Assembly: GCA_034439575.1 (NCBI GenBank)
Contig: JAWXAQ010000036.1
Span: 64,001-128,000, forward strand
Source of the DNA: Leptospira sp.
Lineage (GTDB): Bacteria; Spirochaetota; Leptospiria; Leptospirales; Leptospiraceae
DNA: 64,000 nucleotides
Direction of reading: 5' to 3'
Positions within the stretch are counted from its first letter, which is position 1; each line of letters opens with the position of its first letter. A program made the translations under genes and the position numbers. The notes under the pieces are model-generated. The model was given only the letters and a program-made list of their open reading frames with translations. It was not told the origin of the DNA and did no database searches. Positions 20,612-30,780 of this stretch are shown piece after piece.

Positions 20612-21961
20612 ATGAAATTTAAATCACAGAAAATTGCGTTTTGGTTTTTTGCAGTCTGTATGTTGCTCTTAACTTTGCAAATTGTTTACGGTTTTATTAT
20701 GGGATTTGCAAGAATCGGAATGGATGGACTACATGAGTACATTCCTTTCAATGTTGCTAGAACCACTCATACAAATTTACTCGTTGTTTGGTTGCTAACA
20801 GGATTTATGGGAGCCGCCTATTATATCATACCAGAAGAATCTGATACAGAACTCTATAGTGTTAAACTCGCTTGGATACAATTGATTTCATGGGTTGTAG
20901 TCGGTGTAGTTGCAATTATTGGATTTCACTTTGGATGGTGGGAAGGGAGAAAGTTTTTAGAAATCCCTAGACCGCTTGATTACCTAGTAGTAGTAAATGT
21001 GCTTACATTCTTATTTAACATTGGTATGACGATTTGGAATGCTAAAAAAAGAAGTACCACTCAATTAGTTTTGTATTTCGGTTTGTTTTCTGCCGCCTTA
21101 CTTTATTTACCTGGAATGTTATATTTCGACAACCAAACAATGGATTCATATTTTCGTTGGTGGGTTGTTCATCTTTGGGTTGAGGGTGTATGGGAACTCA
21201 TTATGGGTGGTATCTTATCTTTCTTGTTAATTAAGTTAACAGGTGTTGATAGAGAGATCATTGAAAAATGGTTATATGTTGTTGTAGGACTTACTTTTCT
21301 TTCTGGAATCTTGGGAACAGGTCACCATTACTATTGGATCGGTACTCCAAAATACTGGCTTTTGATCGGTGGATTATTTTCTGCCTTAGAACCGCTCGCA
21401 TTTTTAGCAATGGCTATATGGGCATTAAATATGTATCGAAAAAAAGGAAAAGATCATCCAAACAAAATTGCTCTATATTGGACTCTTGGTAGTGCTATCA
21501 TGTCTTTTATCGGAGCGGGATTTCTTGGATTTGCTCATACTTGGCCGCAAGTAAATCAATGGACTCATGGTACATTGATTACTGCGATGCATGGACATTT
21601 GGCTTTTTGGGGAGCCTACGCCATGTTAGTGTTAGCTGTAATCGCTTATGCATTGCCAAATTTGACAGGGCGTAAGTTGTTTAATGGAATGAATGGATAT
21701 ATTGCATTTTGGGCATCCAATGTGGGTATGTTAGGAATGACTGGCGCACTCGCAGTAGCTGGGATCACACAAGTTTATCTAGAGAGGAAGCTCGGTATGG
21801 ATTTTTTAACGGTACAGAAGGAAGTAGAATTTCACTTCATTGGAATGCTTCTTGCTGCATCATTATTTTCATTTGGTATCGGACTCTATATTTATGATTT
21901 CCTTAGACATGGATTTCCAAATGATGAAGCCGTAGGAACAAATTCGGATGATCTCAATTAA
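20612..21961 (+). CDS. norB: Cytochrome c-dependent nitric oxide reductase subunit B
   Basis: WWVVHLWVEGVWE, GTGHHYYWIG, FSALEP, HGHLAFWGAY. Confidence 0.96.
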   Translation: MKFKSQKIAFWFFAVCMLLLTLQIVYGFIMGFARIGMDGLHEYIPFNVARTTHTNLLVVWLLTGFMGAAYYIIPEESDTELYSVKLAWIQLISWVVVGVVAIIGFHFGWWEGRKFLEIPRPLDYLVVVNVLTFLFNIGMTIWNAKKRSTTQLVLYFGLFSAALLYLPGMLYFDNQTMDSYFRWWVVHLWVEGVWELIMGGILSFLLIKLTGVDREIIEKWLYVVVGLTFLSGILGTGHHYYWIGTPKYWLLIGGLFSALEPLAFLAMAIWALNMYRKKGKDHPNKIALYWTLGSAIMSFIGAGFLGFAHTWPQVNQWTHGTLITAMHGHLAFWGAYAMLVLAVIAYALPNLTGRKLFNGMNGYIAFWASNVGMLGMTGALAVAGITQVYLERKLGMDFLTVQKEVEFHFIGMLLAASLFSFGIGLYIYDFLRHGFPNDEAVGTNSDDLN

Positions 21962-21970
21962 GGAAAATCT

Positions 21971-22759
21971 ATGATTCAAAAATTGGATACTCAACCGTTT
22001 TATCAAATTATTTCGAAAGAGGTTGAAGTGTTTCAAATGGCGGCAGAACAAAAACTGCCGCTTCTTTTAAAGGGACCTACAGGTACTGGTAAGTCCCGTT
22101 TTTTAGAGTATGTAGCCCACCTAATGAATCGTCGTTTAATTACAATTTTATGTAATGATGAAACTTCTGCAATTGATCTAGTGGGGCGTTATATTGTAAA
22201 GGGTGCCGATACTGTATGGTTAGACGGTCCATTGACAGTTGGTGTTAAGGAAGGTGCAATTGTGTATTTGGATGAAATTGCGGAAGCAAGGCCAGATACG
22301 ATTGTGGCGATTCATTCACTCACTGACCATAGGAGGACTTTGTTTATGGAACGAAAAAATGAAGAAATCAAAGCTCACCCCGATTTTTTGTTAGTCGCTT
22401 CGTTTAATCCTGGTTATCAAAAAGGTTTTAAAGAACTTAAACCCTCTACAAGGCAAAGATTTATTTCTTTGGATTTTGAATACCCAAGCCAAGATTTAGA
22501 AGAAAAAATCATCGTAGGGGAAACACAAATAGATTCAAAAATTGCGAATAAACTCGTAAAATTTGCCAATTTAATTAGAAACAAACAAGAATTAGGATTA
22601 GCTGAAACTATTTCTACACGTCTTCTTGTTTCTTGTTCCCTATTAATAAAAAGTGGTCTGCCAATTCGTTTAGCTGGGAGAACAGCTATCATATTACCTT
22701 TGTCAGATGATAAGGATACAGTGGACGCCCTTCAAGATTGTTTCAATTTGATATTTTAG
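21971..22759 (+). CDS. norQ: NorQ/CbbQ MoxR-type AAA+ ATPase
   Basis: LKGPTGTGKSRF, YLDEIAEAR, LKPSTRQRF. Confidence 0.94.
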   Translation: MIQKLDTQPFYQIISKEVEVFQMAAEQKLPLLLKGPTGTGKSRFLEYVAHLMNRRLITILCNDETSAIDLVGRYIVKGADTVWLDGPLTVGVKEGAIVYLDEIAEARPDTIVAIHSLTDHRRTLFMERKNEEIKAHPDFLLVASFNPGYQKGFKELKPSTRQRFISLDFEYPSQDLEEKIIVGETQIDSKIANKLVKFANLIRNKQELGLAETISTRLLVSCSLLIKSGLPIRLAGRTAIILPLSDDKDTVDALQDCFNLIF

Positions 22760-22763
22760 ATTT

Positions 22764-24488
22764 ATGGAATGGGATCAGCTTTTATTTTATAAGGGACTTC
22801 AGACTTATAAAAAATTAAAAAAAGTATTAAAACCAAAATCACCATTCTATGAATATAAAATTTTAGAGAATGAAAAATACCTTCTGAAATTAGCATTTTT
22901 AATCATTGGTAAGGAAATAAAAATTAGATTGGGAGATGGGCCAATTAGTTTAAATTCCAATCATCTAAATTTTCCGGAATCTATTTCTGTATTTGAAACA
23001 AAAGAGAGAAGTTTAAATTATATTAAAATGCTTTTGACTTATATTTTTCTCTGTCAAAAAGAAAAAATGACTCTCAACTTTCTATCAGCTAATGCGTATT
23101 ATAAAATTCTTAGAAAGTATGAAGGATTTAGAAAAGATTTAAAGTCAATTCATAAAGAAGTAAAACATTTCAAATATAAACATCCAAAACAAATTGCTAT
23201 ATGGACAAAGCGCATTTCAGAAACTACAATTTCCAATGAAACCTCGTTTTCTTTGAGCTCAAATTTTAAAGTGTCTCAACCAACACCAAGCTCCATACAA
23301 AAACCAAAGTCTGAGTTTAAGTTAAAGTTTGATTTAGACGAAGCAGAGTTATTGGAAATTGACCGTAAAAAAATCGAAGAATATACATTGGGTCATAATT
23401 TTGAAAAAATAGAAACTGTGGAAGAGTTTGATGGACAATGGCGTGATTTGGATGGTTCCGATAATGCTGAAGAAGAGAGTGAAGCCCTCAGTGAATTGAA
23501 TTTAAAATATATCATTCGAAGTGAAGATTCTGTTCATACAACAGTTAGTACTGACTCAGGTTCTGGAACTACTTTAGAAGTGAAAGAAGAGACTCAGCAA
23601 ACAAGTAATTATAGTTATCACGAATGGGATTTTAAAGCACGAGCATATAAAGAAAATTATTGTTTTGTACAAGAAGAAAACTTTCAAGAGACTAAGTTAA
23701 ATTATGCGATAAATGTGATTACAAAAAATAAACAAAGTTTTATGTTATTGAGACAAAAATTATTTTCACTTGTCCAAGAAAGAATTATTAAAAAAAAATT
23801 ACCGACTGGTGACTCAGTCGATTTAGATGCCATGGTAGATCGTTATGCGGACTTAGTTGCTAAGATTACTCCTAGTGAATTAGTTTACACTCGTAATACG
23901 AAAGAAATATCAAATCTAACTTTATATTTCTTATTAGATTTGAGTTTATCCACGGATTCCTGGATCCATGGAAGACGAATCCTGGATGTTGAAAGAGAAT
24001 CGCTTCTCTTGTTTGCTGAAGCATTAAATTCTTTAGATATACCTTTTGAAATTGGCGCTTTTTATTCACGAACGCGTAATCAATGTAAGTTTATGAGGAT
24101 AAAAAGGGATAAGGATACTTGGTTAAATACTAGAGATAAACTCGGTGCTTTAGAACCTACTGGTTATACACGAATTGGCCCCGCCCTTCGCCATGCAGGT
24201 GTTTTGTTAGAAAAATCAAAGACGAGGCAGAAGTGGATCATTCTTTTAACCGATGCGAATCCGAATGACTATGATCGATATGAAGGGAAGTATGGAACGG
24301 AAGATGTCAATCAAGCTGTTAAAGAGCTGAAAAACAAAGGAATTTTTGTACATACTTTAGCGATTGGTAAAGATGAAAAACCAGTAATTCCTAAAATGAT
24401 GAGAGAGGCAAGTTTCCAAATGTTGTCAGATCCAATTGGCATTTCTAATTCTCTCCAAAGTTTTTTTGCAAAAGCATTGAAAGTTTGA
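22764..24488 (+). CDS. norD: NorD VWA-domain activation protein
   Basis: YHEWDF, DLSLSTD MIDAS motif, YTRIGPALRHA, LTDANPNDYDRYEG. Confidence 0.93.
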   Translation: MEWDQLLFYKGLQTYKKLKKVLKPKSPFYEYKILENEKYLLKLAFLIIGKEIKIRLGDGPISLNSNHLNFPESISVFETKERSLNYIKMLLTYIFLCQKEKMTLNFLSANAYYKILRKYEGFRKDLKSIHKEVKHFKYKHPKQIAIWTKRISETTISNETSFSLSSNFKVSQPTPSSIQKPKSEFKLKFDLDEAELLEIDRKKIEEYTLGHNFEKIETVEEFDGQWRDLDGSDNAEEESEALSELNLKYIIRSEDSVHTTVSTDSGSGTTLEVKEETQQTSNYSYHEWDFKARAYKENYCFVQEENFQETKLNYAINVITKNKQSFMLLRQKLFSLVQERIIKKKLPTGDSVDLDAMVDRYADLVAKITPSELVYTRNTKEISNLTLYFLLDLSLSTDSWIHGRRILDVERESLLLFAEALNSLDIPFEIGAFYSRTRNQCKFMRIKRDKDTWLNTRDKLGALEPTGYTRIGPALRHAGVLLEKSKTRQKWIILLTDANPNDYDRYEGKYGTEDVNQAVKELKNKGIFVHTLAIGKDEKPVIPKMMREASFQMLSDPIGISNSLQSFFAKALKV

Positions 24489-24594
24489 TCTGTATCCATT
24501 CAAAAATCGAAATTTTATTCACTTGCATACCATATAGATTCAAAAAAGTTTTAATTATCAATTAGAACCTTTTTATTTTACTGGAGTCCCTTGG

Positions 24595-25308
24595 ATGTTT
24601 CGAACCCTATCATTTTATATATTTTTTTTCACACGCGGATTGTTTAGCTTTATAGCAAGATGGAAAGCACGAAGAGTCAATTTACCAAATGTAGAAGAGT
24701 CCGATTGGGCTAAAAATACAGTTCCGCGCAGCTGGTCTAAAACCTTACTTTGGATAGTTGGTGCCAATGTTTCCATTTCAAAAGAGACTGATTTGCCAAG
24801 CGGTCCCGTACTCTTTGTTTCGAATCACGAGGGTAATTTTGATATCCCAACTTTAATTTCTTCACTTCCAAAACCATTTGGATTTATTTCAAAAATAGAG
24901 GTTTTAAAAATTCCCGTCGTCGGCTCATGGATGAAAATAATGAATTGTGTGTTTCTCGATCGGACAAATCGAAACGATTCCACAAAAGCTATGGCAACAG
25001 GTGTTTCCGTTTTGAAGGAAGGTCATTCATTATTAATTTTTCCAGAAGGAACTCGTAGTAAAGGTGGTGCTATGCGATCATTCAAAGCTGGAAGTTTTCG
25101 TTTGGCGATGGATGCAGGTGTACCAATTGTCCCGATCGCGATTAAAGGTACTTCAAATATTATGGAAAAAAATAATTCCATCATGAAACCAGCCGATGTA
25201 AAAGTGAAAATACTTTCAGCTATTCCCTTCAGTGAATTTGAAAAATTATCGAGTAAAGAAATTGCAGAAAGGGTAGAGAACCAAATAAAAAATGCTTTAA
25301 TTACTTAA
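24595..25308 (+). CDS. plsC: 1-acyl-sn-glycerol-3-phosphate acyltransferase
   Basis: NHEGNFD (HxxxxD), FLDR, IFPEGTRS, PIVPIAI. Confidence 0.88.
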   Translation: MFRTLSFYIFFFTRGLFSFIARWKARRVNLPNVEESDWAKNTVPRSWSKTLLWIVGANVSISKETDLPSGPVLFVSNHEGNFDIPTLISSLPKPFGFISKIEVLKIPVVGSWMKIMNCVFLDRTNRNDSTKAMATGVSVLKEGHSLLIFPEGTRSKGGAMRSFKAGSFRLAMDAGVPIVPIAIKGTSNIMEKNNSIMKPADVKVKILSAIPFSEFEKLSSKEIAERVENQIKNALIT

Positions 25309-25312
25309 ACAT

Positions 25313-26080
25313 TTAATTAAATAGCATGTGATCCAATTCCTTTTTTTTATTTATCATTAGATTCTCAGCTGTATGAAGATAGGAATCAAAATCTTGATGA
25401 TCATTTGATTTTATCGTTCCGCAATAATGAAATAATATTTTTTTATTATGATTTGGTTGAATGAATTTTGGATCAGATGAAAAACTCATCATTCCGCTAA
25501 CTACAAATACATCTAAATCAATATTATATTTATAAGCAATTTTCATCACACCAGTTTCAAAAGGTTGAATGTCTTCTGTGAATGTGCGGCGACCTTCAGG
25601 ATATAAAAATATAGATCTTCTATTCAAAACATCTAATACATTCTTTTTAAAGTTTCTAAAATCTGGTTTTATTTCTGAATAAATAACTGCCTCCACAATC
25701 CTTGAATGCATCATAAGTGGAATGATTTTATATCTTTGAATTATATCACCTCCAAGGTATGATAAGTTCACATCTTTTGACTTAGACAAATAGGGCAATG
25801 AAACGATCAAAGGAACTTCCAATGAGTTCGTATGATTACAAATCAAAAATCTTTTTTTGTTTTCCGGTTTCCAATCACCAAGATCGAATTCTAATTTTCG
25901 GCCAGTTAAAAATAAAAATACCCTTAACCAAAGATAGGCTAAATAATTATTTATCCGATTAGAAGCTTGGTCATGTTTGGTGATCTTAAGAAAGTAAGAA
26001 AGAGTAAGACCAATGGGAAAGTGTGGTAAGATTACTGGAATAAAGTAACAAAGCACAACATACAAAGAGAGTTTAGACAT
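25313..26080 (-). CDS. PlsC-family lysophospholipid acyltransferase (divergent)
   Basis: CNHTNSLE and YPEGRRT..PFETG motifs; ATG at 26080 preferred. Confidence 0.75.
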   Translation of the reverse strand: MSKLSLYVVLCYFIPVILPHFPIGLTLSYFLKITKHDQASNRINNYLAYLWLRVFLFLTGRKLEFDLGDWKPENKKRFLICNHTNSLEVPLIVSLPYLSKSKDVNLSYLGGDIIQRYKIIPLMMHSRIVEAVIYSEIKPDFRNFKKNVLDVLNRRSIFLYPEGRRTFTEDIQPFETGVMKIAYKYNIDLDVFVVSGMMSFSSDPKFIQPNHNKKILFHYCGTIKSNDHQDFDSYLHTAENLMINKKKELDHMLFN

Positions 26081-26349
26081 AGTTTTACCTTTCAAAAGAT
26101 AAGACTATCAAAGGAGTAAACAGGAATAATGCAATCCTTTTGGGATAAGATTTCATTATCATAAGAATCGATTTTAATTTGTATAAATAATTTATATCAT
26201 AAAAATAAAATATTCTTAACTAGATAAACATTACATAGAAGATATTACAATTCAATCAAATAATTATTCAATCTAACGGTGATAGATATTGGCAAATTGA
26301 TTATCAATAGGATTTAAATAGTTTATAGATTGAAAGTTCAACTTTAAAT

Positions 26350-27204
26350 TTAACTTAAAAATTCTAAAATCTTTCCAACAACTAACTGTGATCTTAAGAT
26401 CAATCGGTGACCCAATCCTTCAGTTTCAAAAAGTTCCGATTTTTTCCAAGCCTTTGCAACGGCCCGTCCTAAATCAATAGGAATTTCGATATCATTTTTA
26501 TCATGAATCACTAACAACTGATTGTTAAATTTTTTTCCAGCATATTCTAAATCAATACTACTAAGTGGTCGTTTGACTTTTCTTTCGATGATGGATCTCA
26601 TATAATCACCTTCGATAGAACTTAAATTGAATTCTTTACAAAAGTTTTCTCTAAGTATTTCTAATTTGAGTGGTGGGGCAATATATACTAATTTCTCTGC
26701 AGTAACACCTAATTCTTGTGCAACGGTTGAGACTGCGCCTCCAAATGAATGAGAAATAATTATTTCTGGATTCCCAACGATGGATACTAGTTGTCGTATC
26801 GATTTTGCGGATATTACAATATTTGAATATCTTCCATTAGAATTTCCATGACCTGGTAAATCTATACCAAAGACATCATAGCCTTTAGCAACGAGTTCAG
26901 GGATAATTTTAAAAAAATTGCCAGTATTTCCATTCCAACCGTGAACAAGTAGAATTTTTTGACCATTTCCTTTCCAATGATAATACTGGATGTTTTGATT
27001 TTCAAAATGAAATATATCTTCCTCAGCGATAGATAAAATTTGAATTTCTTTTCTTGATAATTCTTGTTTTTGCGTACTGAGGAAAATGCTACTCGTTACA
27101 TAACCAATAAACTCGGGATGTTTTTTAGCAAATTCCAACTTTTGGTTGATTCCGTGAATTTTCCCTCTGCGATAAGGACGAACGATCGTGCTATTATTTT
27201 CCAT
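26350..27204 (-). CDS. Alpha/beta hydrolase
   Basis: LLVHGW, DLPGHG, SHSFGG, HDKND, GLGH. Confidence 0.9.
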   Translation of the reverse strand: MENNSTIVRPYRRGKIHGINQKLEFAKKHPEFIGYVTSSIFLSTQKQELSRKEIQILSIAEEDIFHFENQNIQYYHWKGNGQKILLVHGWNGNTGNFFKIIPELVAKGYDVFGIDLPGHGNSNGRYSNIVISAKSIRQLVSIVGNPEIIISHSFGGAVSTVAQELGVTAEKLVYIAPPLKLEILRENFCKEFNLSSIEGDYMRSIIERKVKRPLSSIDLEYAGKKFNNQLLVIHDKNDIEIPIDLGRAVAKAWKKSELFETEGLGHRLILRSQLVVGKILEFLS

Positions 27205-27272
27205 GTTTTTATCCTATAATCTTAATTAATCTAACAATTTATGTTGCATTTAATGATTTAATTTGCTACTTA

Positions 27273-27863
27273 TCAAATTTGAATCTTTGTAATCATTTCA
27301 TTTAAGGTAGATTTGGCTCTAACTTTTGCCTTCGGGTCTTTTAGTAATCGATTATAAAAATGGAAACCTAAAATAATGCCCCAAATTTCTTGTATGATTT
27401 GATTTAAATCCGCTTTTTGGCTTATTTCTTTTTTTTCGACAGCTTCTAAAAAGAATTTTTTTAATGTTTGTTGCCATTCTAACTGCGATTTTACGAGAAA
27501 ATCTCTAACTATACCTGGTTTATCATCATATTCTAAGCTTGATGAAAGAAAAATACATCCACCTGGTAACTCAGCTTTGGTGGACCAATTTAACCATGAA
27601 TTAACTGCCGTGATAATCCTTTCAATTCCGGGTTTGGTTTTTAGTGATGGGTAAATAACGTTTCGCCTGAATAATTCAATACCTGATTTTAAAACATCAA
27701 TTTGTAAATTTTCTTTAGATTGGAATTTGGCAAATAGTCCGCTTTTGGACATCTGCAATTCAGTAGCAAGGGTTCCAATGGTTAATCCATCTAATCCATG
27801 CACACTGGCAATTTTTAAAGCTGAATCTAAAATGAGGGATTTTGTATCTTCGCCTTTTCCCAT
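27273..27863 (-). CDS. TetR/AcrR family transcriptional regulator
   Basis: GLTIGTLATELQMSKSGLFAKF.SKENL HTH; GGCIF C-terminal motif. Confidence 0.93.
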   Translation of the reverse strand: MGKGEDTKSLILDSALKIASVHGLDGLTIGTLATELQMSKSGLFAKFQSKENLQIDVLKSGIELFRRNVIYPSLKTKPGIERIITAVNSWLNWSTKAELPGGCIFLSSSLEYDDKPGIVRDFLVKSQLEWQQTLKKFFLEAVEKKEISQKADLNQIIQEIWGIILGFHFYNRLLKDPKAKVRAKSTLNEMITKIQI

Positions 27864-27867
27864 AAAT

Positions 27868-27884
27868 ATAGTACGACCGTTCGT
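27868..27884. promoter_or_regulatory. Candidate TetR operator overlapping the tetR promoter
   Basis: ATAGTACGACCGTTCGT; 15/17 identical inverted copy at 27178-27194; TTGACA (minus strand) at 27893-27898. Confidence 0.6.
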
Positions 27885-27965
27885 TTAAAATTTGTCAACT
27901 ATTTTTGAAAAAAAATCAAACCTTAGTTTAGAAATAGTAATAAAACTTGAAATTTAGTTTATTAA

Positions 27966-29456
27966 TTAGGGAAGAATGGCTATTGTATTGCAAATTGAAT
28001 CAATATCATAATTCAATTTTGATTTTAAGCAGGAATTCCAAGAGATTTTTGACAATTCTGATTCAGGTTTTGAAATTAAATAGTATAAATAATTAGAATC
28101 TGGATTTGAAATTAAATTAAATTTTACTTCACTTGAATTAACGCATTTATTGCTCCAATCAATAGTTAAGAAAGTTTTTTCACAAACAAAACCCAGAATT
28201 GTTTCTGACGAAACTAACCCGTCTGTTCTGGAAGTTCTATAACTTATATGCCAAGGATAAGGATTGATCGGAATATAGTAGTGAGTATCATTTAGAAGTT
28301 TATGATATTGATTCCAATCAGAATGAGAAAGTGATTTTTCTGATTCAAATTCCTTATCTTTACCTAAACTATAAAGCAAACAATTTGCAAAAAAATAAAT
28401 GATTAGAATATATAATTGATACTTTTTCAAATTTAAAGGTAGAAATCGAATGATCAATAGAATCACAGAACTAAATAACATAAAGTTCATACGATTAAAT
28501 ATAACGAATGTTTCTCGATTTCTTAAAATATTTGCATTTGGCATTGATAATTCGACTAATATGATACTTCCGATGGATAAGTATAACAAAAGGACTGGGG
28601 AAAAAAGAAATTTAAATAAATTACTTAGTTTTAGTTTGTGAATGAAAAAAATCGGAAATAGGATGAATAAAATTCCTATGTCAAAGAATAATATTTTTTT
28701 TAGATTTAAATAAATATATTCCATCGAGTATAGAAGTATTTTAAAATTGCTAAGATATGATTTAATGTGATTCAACTCAGGATGATTTGCCTTATAATTT
28801 AACATGACTAGAAGTTCAGTAAAATTGAAAGTAAATAGAATCATGAGAACGAATAATAGTTTTAAATTCTTTTTCAAAATAGAATAAAGAATTAAGAAAC
28901 TAATTATAGGTAAAAATAGAATCATCGTTCCTTTAGAACAAAGAAAAATGCCAATAAGGAAAGATATAAAAATATCTTTGGTAGTAACCAATGTTTGAGT
29001 AACTCTAACTAAAAATAATATAATTATCGGTATACTAAAGTATATAAAATTTGTATAAGTTCTAATTTCATAATTTGGTAATAATCCAAATAAAATTGAA
29101 AATAGAAAAATCACATTTTTGTTTCCGTAAGTTAGGCGAAAATAATTCAAATTCCATAGGGAACAAAAGAATGAAACAAAAAAAATAGCGCAAAATTGTG
29201 AAGCAAAATTATAGTATTTAACAATACCTAAAATTTTTACTATAACAAAAGCCAATAAACGTGGAAATAAAGGAATATAACTAAAATCAAGTTTGGTGAT
29301 ATTTGCCCAAATTCCTTCATAAAATGCCGTAGTAAAATAATTATTGCCAGCTTCTGCCCAAATCTCCGCTCTATAAGATAAAGAAGGATATGAAAAAATA
29401 TTATGTAAAAATATTATTACGAAGGCAAAGATAAAATGAGAATTGATTCTATGCAT
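27966..29456 (-). CDS. Polytopic membrane protein, probable GT-C (GtrII/GtrC-like) glycosyltransferase
   Basis: About 11-13 TM segments; first loop RAEIWAEAG..Y.PLFPRL; last gene of the GtrA/GT2 operon. ATG at 29456 overlaps the upstream stop. Confidence 0.65.
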   Translation of the reverse strand: MHRINSHFIFAFVIIFLHNIFSYPSLSYRAEIWAEAGNNYFTTAFYEGIWANITKLDFSYIPLFPRLLAFVIVKILGIVKYYNFASQFCAIFFVSFFCSLWNLNYFRLTYGNKNVIFLFSILFGLLPNYEIRTYTNFIYFSIPIIILFLVRVTQTLVTTKDIFISFLIGIFLCSKGTMILFLPIISFLILYSILKKNLKLLFVLMILFTFNFTELLVMLNYKANHPELNHIKSYLSNFKILLYSMEYIYLNLKKILFFDIGILFILFPIFFIHKLKLSNLFKFLFSPVLLLYLSIGSIILVELSMPNANILRNRETFVIFNRMNFMLFSSVILLIIRFLPLNLKKYQLYILIIYFFANCLLYSLGKDKEFESEKSLSHSDWNQYHKLLNDTHYYIPINPYPWHISYRTSRTDGLVSSETILGFVCEKTFLTIDWSNKCVNSSEVKFNLISNPDSNYLYYLISKPESELSKISWNSCLKSKLNYDIDSICNTIAILP

Positions 29457-30051
29457 CTGATTCGCCTTTCCAAATCGGTATATTTGATAATTTAGTACAA
29501 ATTGCGTCGAAGATGATATTTTCATTTATTATAATGTTCTTAAATAGTTCGATATCTTCTTTTCTGCCTTGTAATTCGGGAGAGACAAGGCACAATTTAA
29601 AGCCATTAGATTTTAATATATTATAAGTTTTATTATCTAAAGGAAATTTAGTAAAACAATCTACCCATACCCAGTCAATTTTCCCACTTAAACTTAAAAC
29701 AGTTTCGATAGTTTCAAATTCAGAAAACCTGACTGCGATATTTTTTTCCAATTGATTTGAAAGTTGAATAATCATCGGAAAGGAAGAATCCAGAAAAAAA
29801 TATTTATGAATATTGAATTTGGATAATAGCTCTTTGACGCGGTTTTCAATTCGTTCTGATTTAACATTGCATATCATCAGTTCGTGATTGTATGATTTCA
29901 AATACTCTTCAAAGTTAGTTCCAGCTTTAAATGGATCATGTTGGATGATTATTTGATTACCATTATCACGTAAATCAAGTTCGACTCCGAATTCAAGAGG
30001 AACTGATTTTAATTCTTCAATTGTATTGATTCTGTGAGCAATATAAAGCAT
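29449..30051 (-). CDS. PI-PLC/glycerophosphodiester phosphodiesterase-like protein
   Basis: IAHRIN, GVELDLR, IIQHDPF, NVK, WVWVDCF, LCLVSPELQGR, AICT. Confidence 0.75.
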   Translation of the reverse strand: MLYIAHRINTIEELKSVPLEFGVELDLRDNGNQIIIQHDPFKAGTNFEEYLKSYNHELMICNVKSERIENRVKELLSKFNIHKYFFLDSSFPMIIQLSNQLEKNIAVRFSEFETIETVLSLSGKIDWVWVDCFTKFPLDNKTYNILKSNGFKLCLVSPELQGRKEDIELFKNIIINENIIFDAICTKLSNIPIWKGESDA

Positions 30052-30056
30052 TGTTT

Positions 30057-30761
30057 TTAATTTATTAATCTTTGTTTCAATTTTTTTGAAAAATCTAATG
30101 TACGTTTAATAAATTTGATCTTGGATTTTATTCCCGTATTCCAACTTGAATGCCCATGAATTCGCGGCGGGAATAAAACATCAAATCGAATCAAATTTAA
30201 TTTTTTGACTTTTGCAAGATAGTATGCATATAGATCTAATGAGAAATCAAACGGTGGGTCAATCCATGATTCAAAAAAGCTTTTATGGAATAAATTTGGT
30301 TGTGCATTGATATCCCAGAAAATTTTTTTCAAATACATACTTTCAAATAGGCTCATACCAATTGTGAAAAAAAGGTCAAATATCCCTCTACCTTTTCTAT
30401 TTCCTTTAACGTATGATAGATGAGGTTCTTTTGAAAATTCCAACAATTCAAGAGCCTTTAGCAAATCAGAAGGATCAGTTTGCATATCGGCGTGAGTCCA
30501 ACCCAAAAATTCTCCTTTTGCAATTTTTAAACCAGTAAGAATTCCATAACCGTAACCTTGATTTATTTCAACATTAGCGATTTTTAAAAACTCAAACTTG
30601 GTTTTTAGCAAATTTAATTCATTCGCCGAATTGTCAGTCGAACCATTGTTAACTAATATTATTTCTATATCCTTTCTATTTATCACAGAATGCAATTTAT
30701 TTAACAACAATGGTAAATTCTTTTCTTCATTATAACAAGGGATGACGATTGATAATTTCAT
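30057..30761 (-). CDS. GT2 polyprenol-phosphate glycosyltransferase (GtrB/DPM1-like)
   Basis: SIVIPCYNE, NNGSTD, NQGYG, HADMQTDP, RIHGHS. Confidence 0.88.
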   Translation of the reverse strand: MKLSIVIPCYNEEKNLPLLLNKLHSVINRKDIEIILVNNGSTDNSANELNLLKTKFEFLKIANVEINQGYGYGILTGLKIAKGEFLGWTHADMQTDPSDLLKALELLEFSKEPHLSYVKGNRKGRGIFDLFFTIGMSLFESMYLKKIFWDINAQPNLFHKSFFESWIDPPFDFSLDLYAYYLAKVKKLNLIRFDVLFPPRIHGHSSWNTGIKSKIKFIKRTLDFSKKLKQRLIN

Positions 30762-30780
30762 CTTTATTTCCAGATTTATA

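Noticed and set aside
26296-26308. ATTGAT-T-ATCAAT palindrome
   Set aside because: Half-site spacing is 1 rather than 4, so not an FNR box; AT-rich context.
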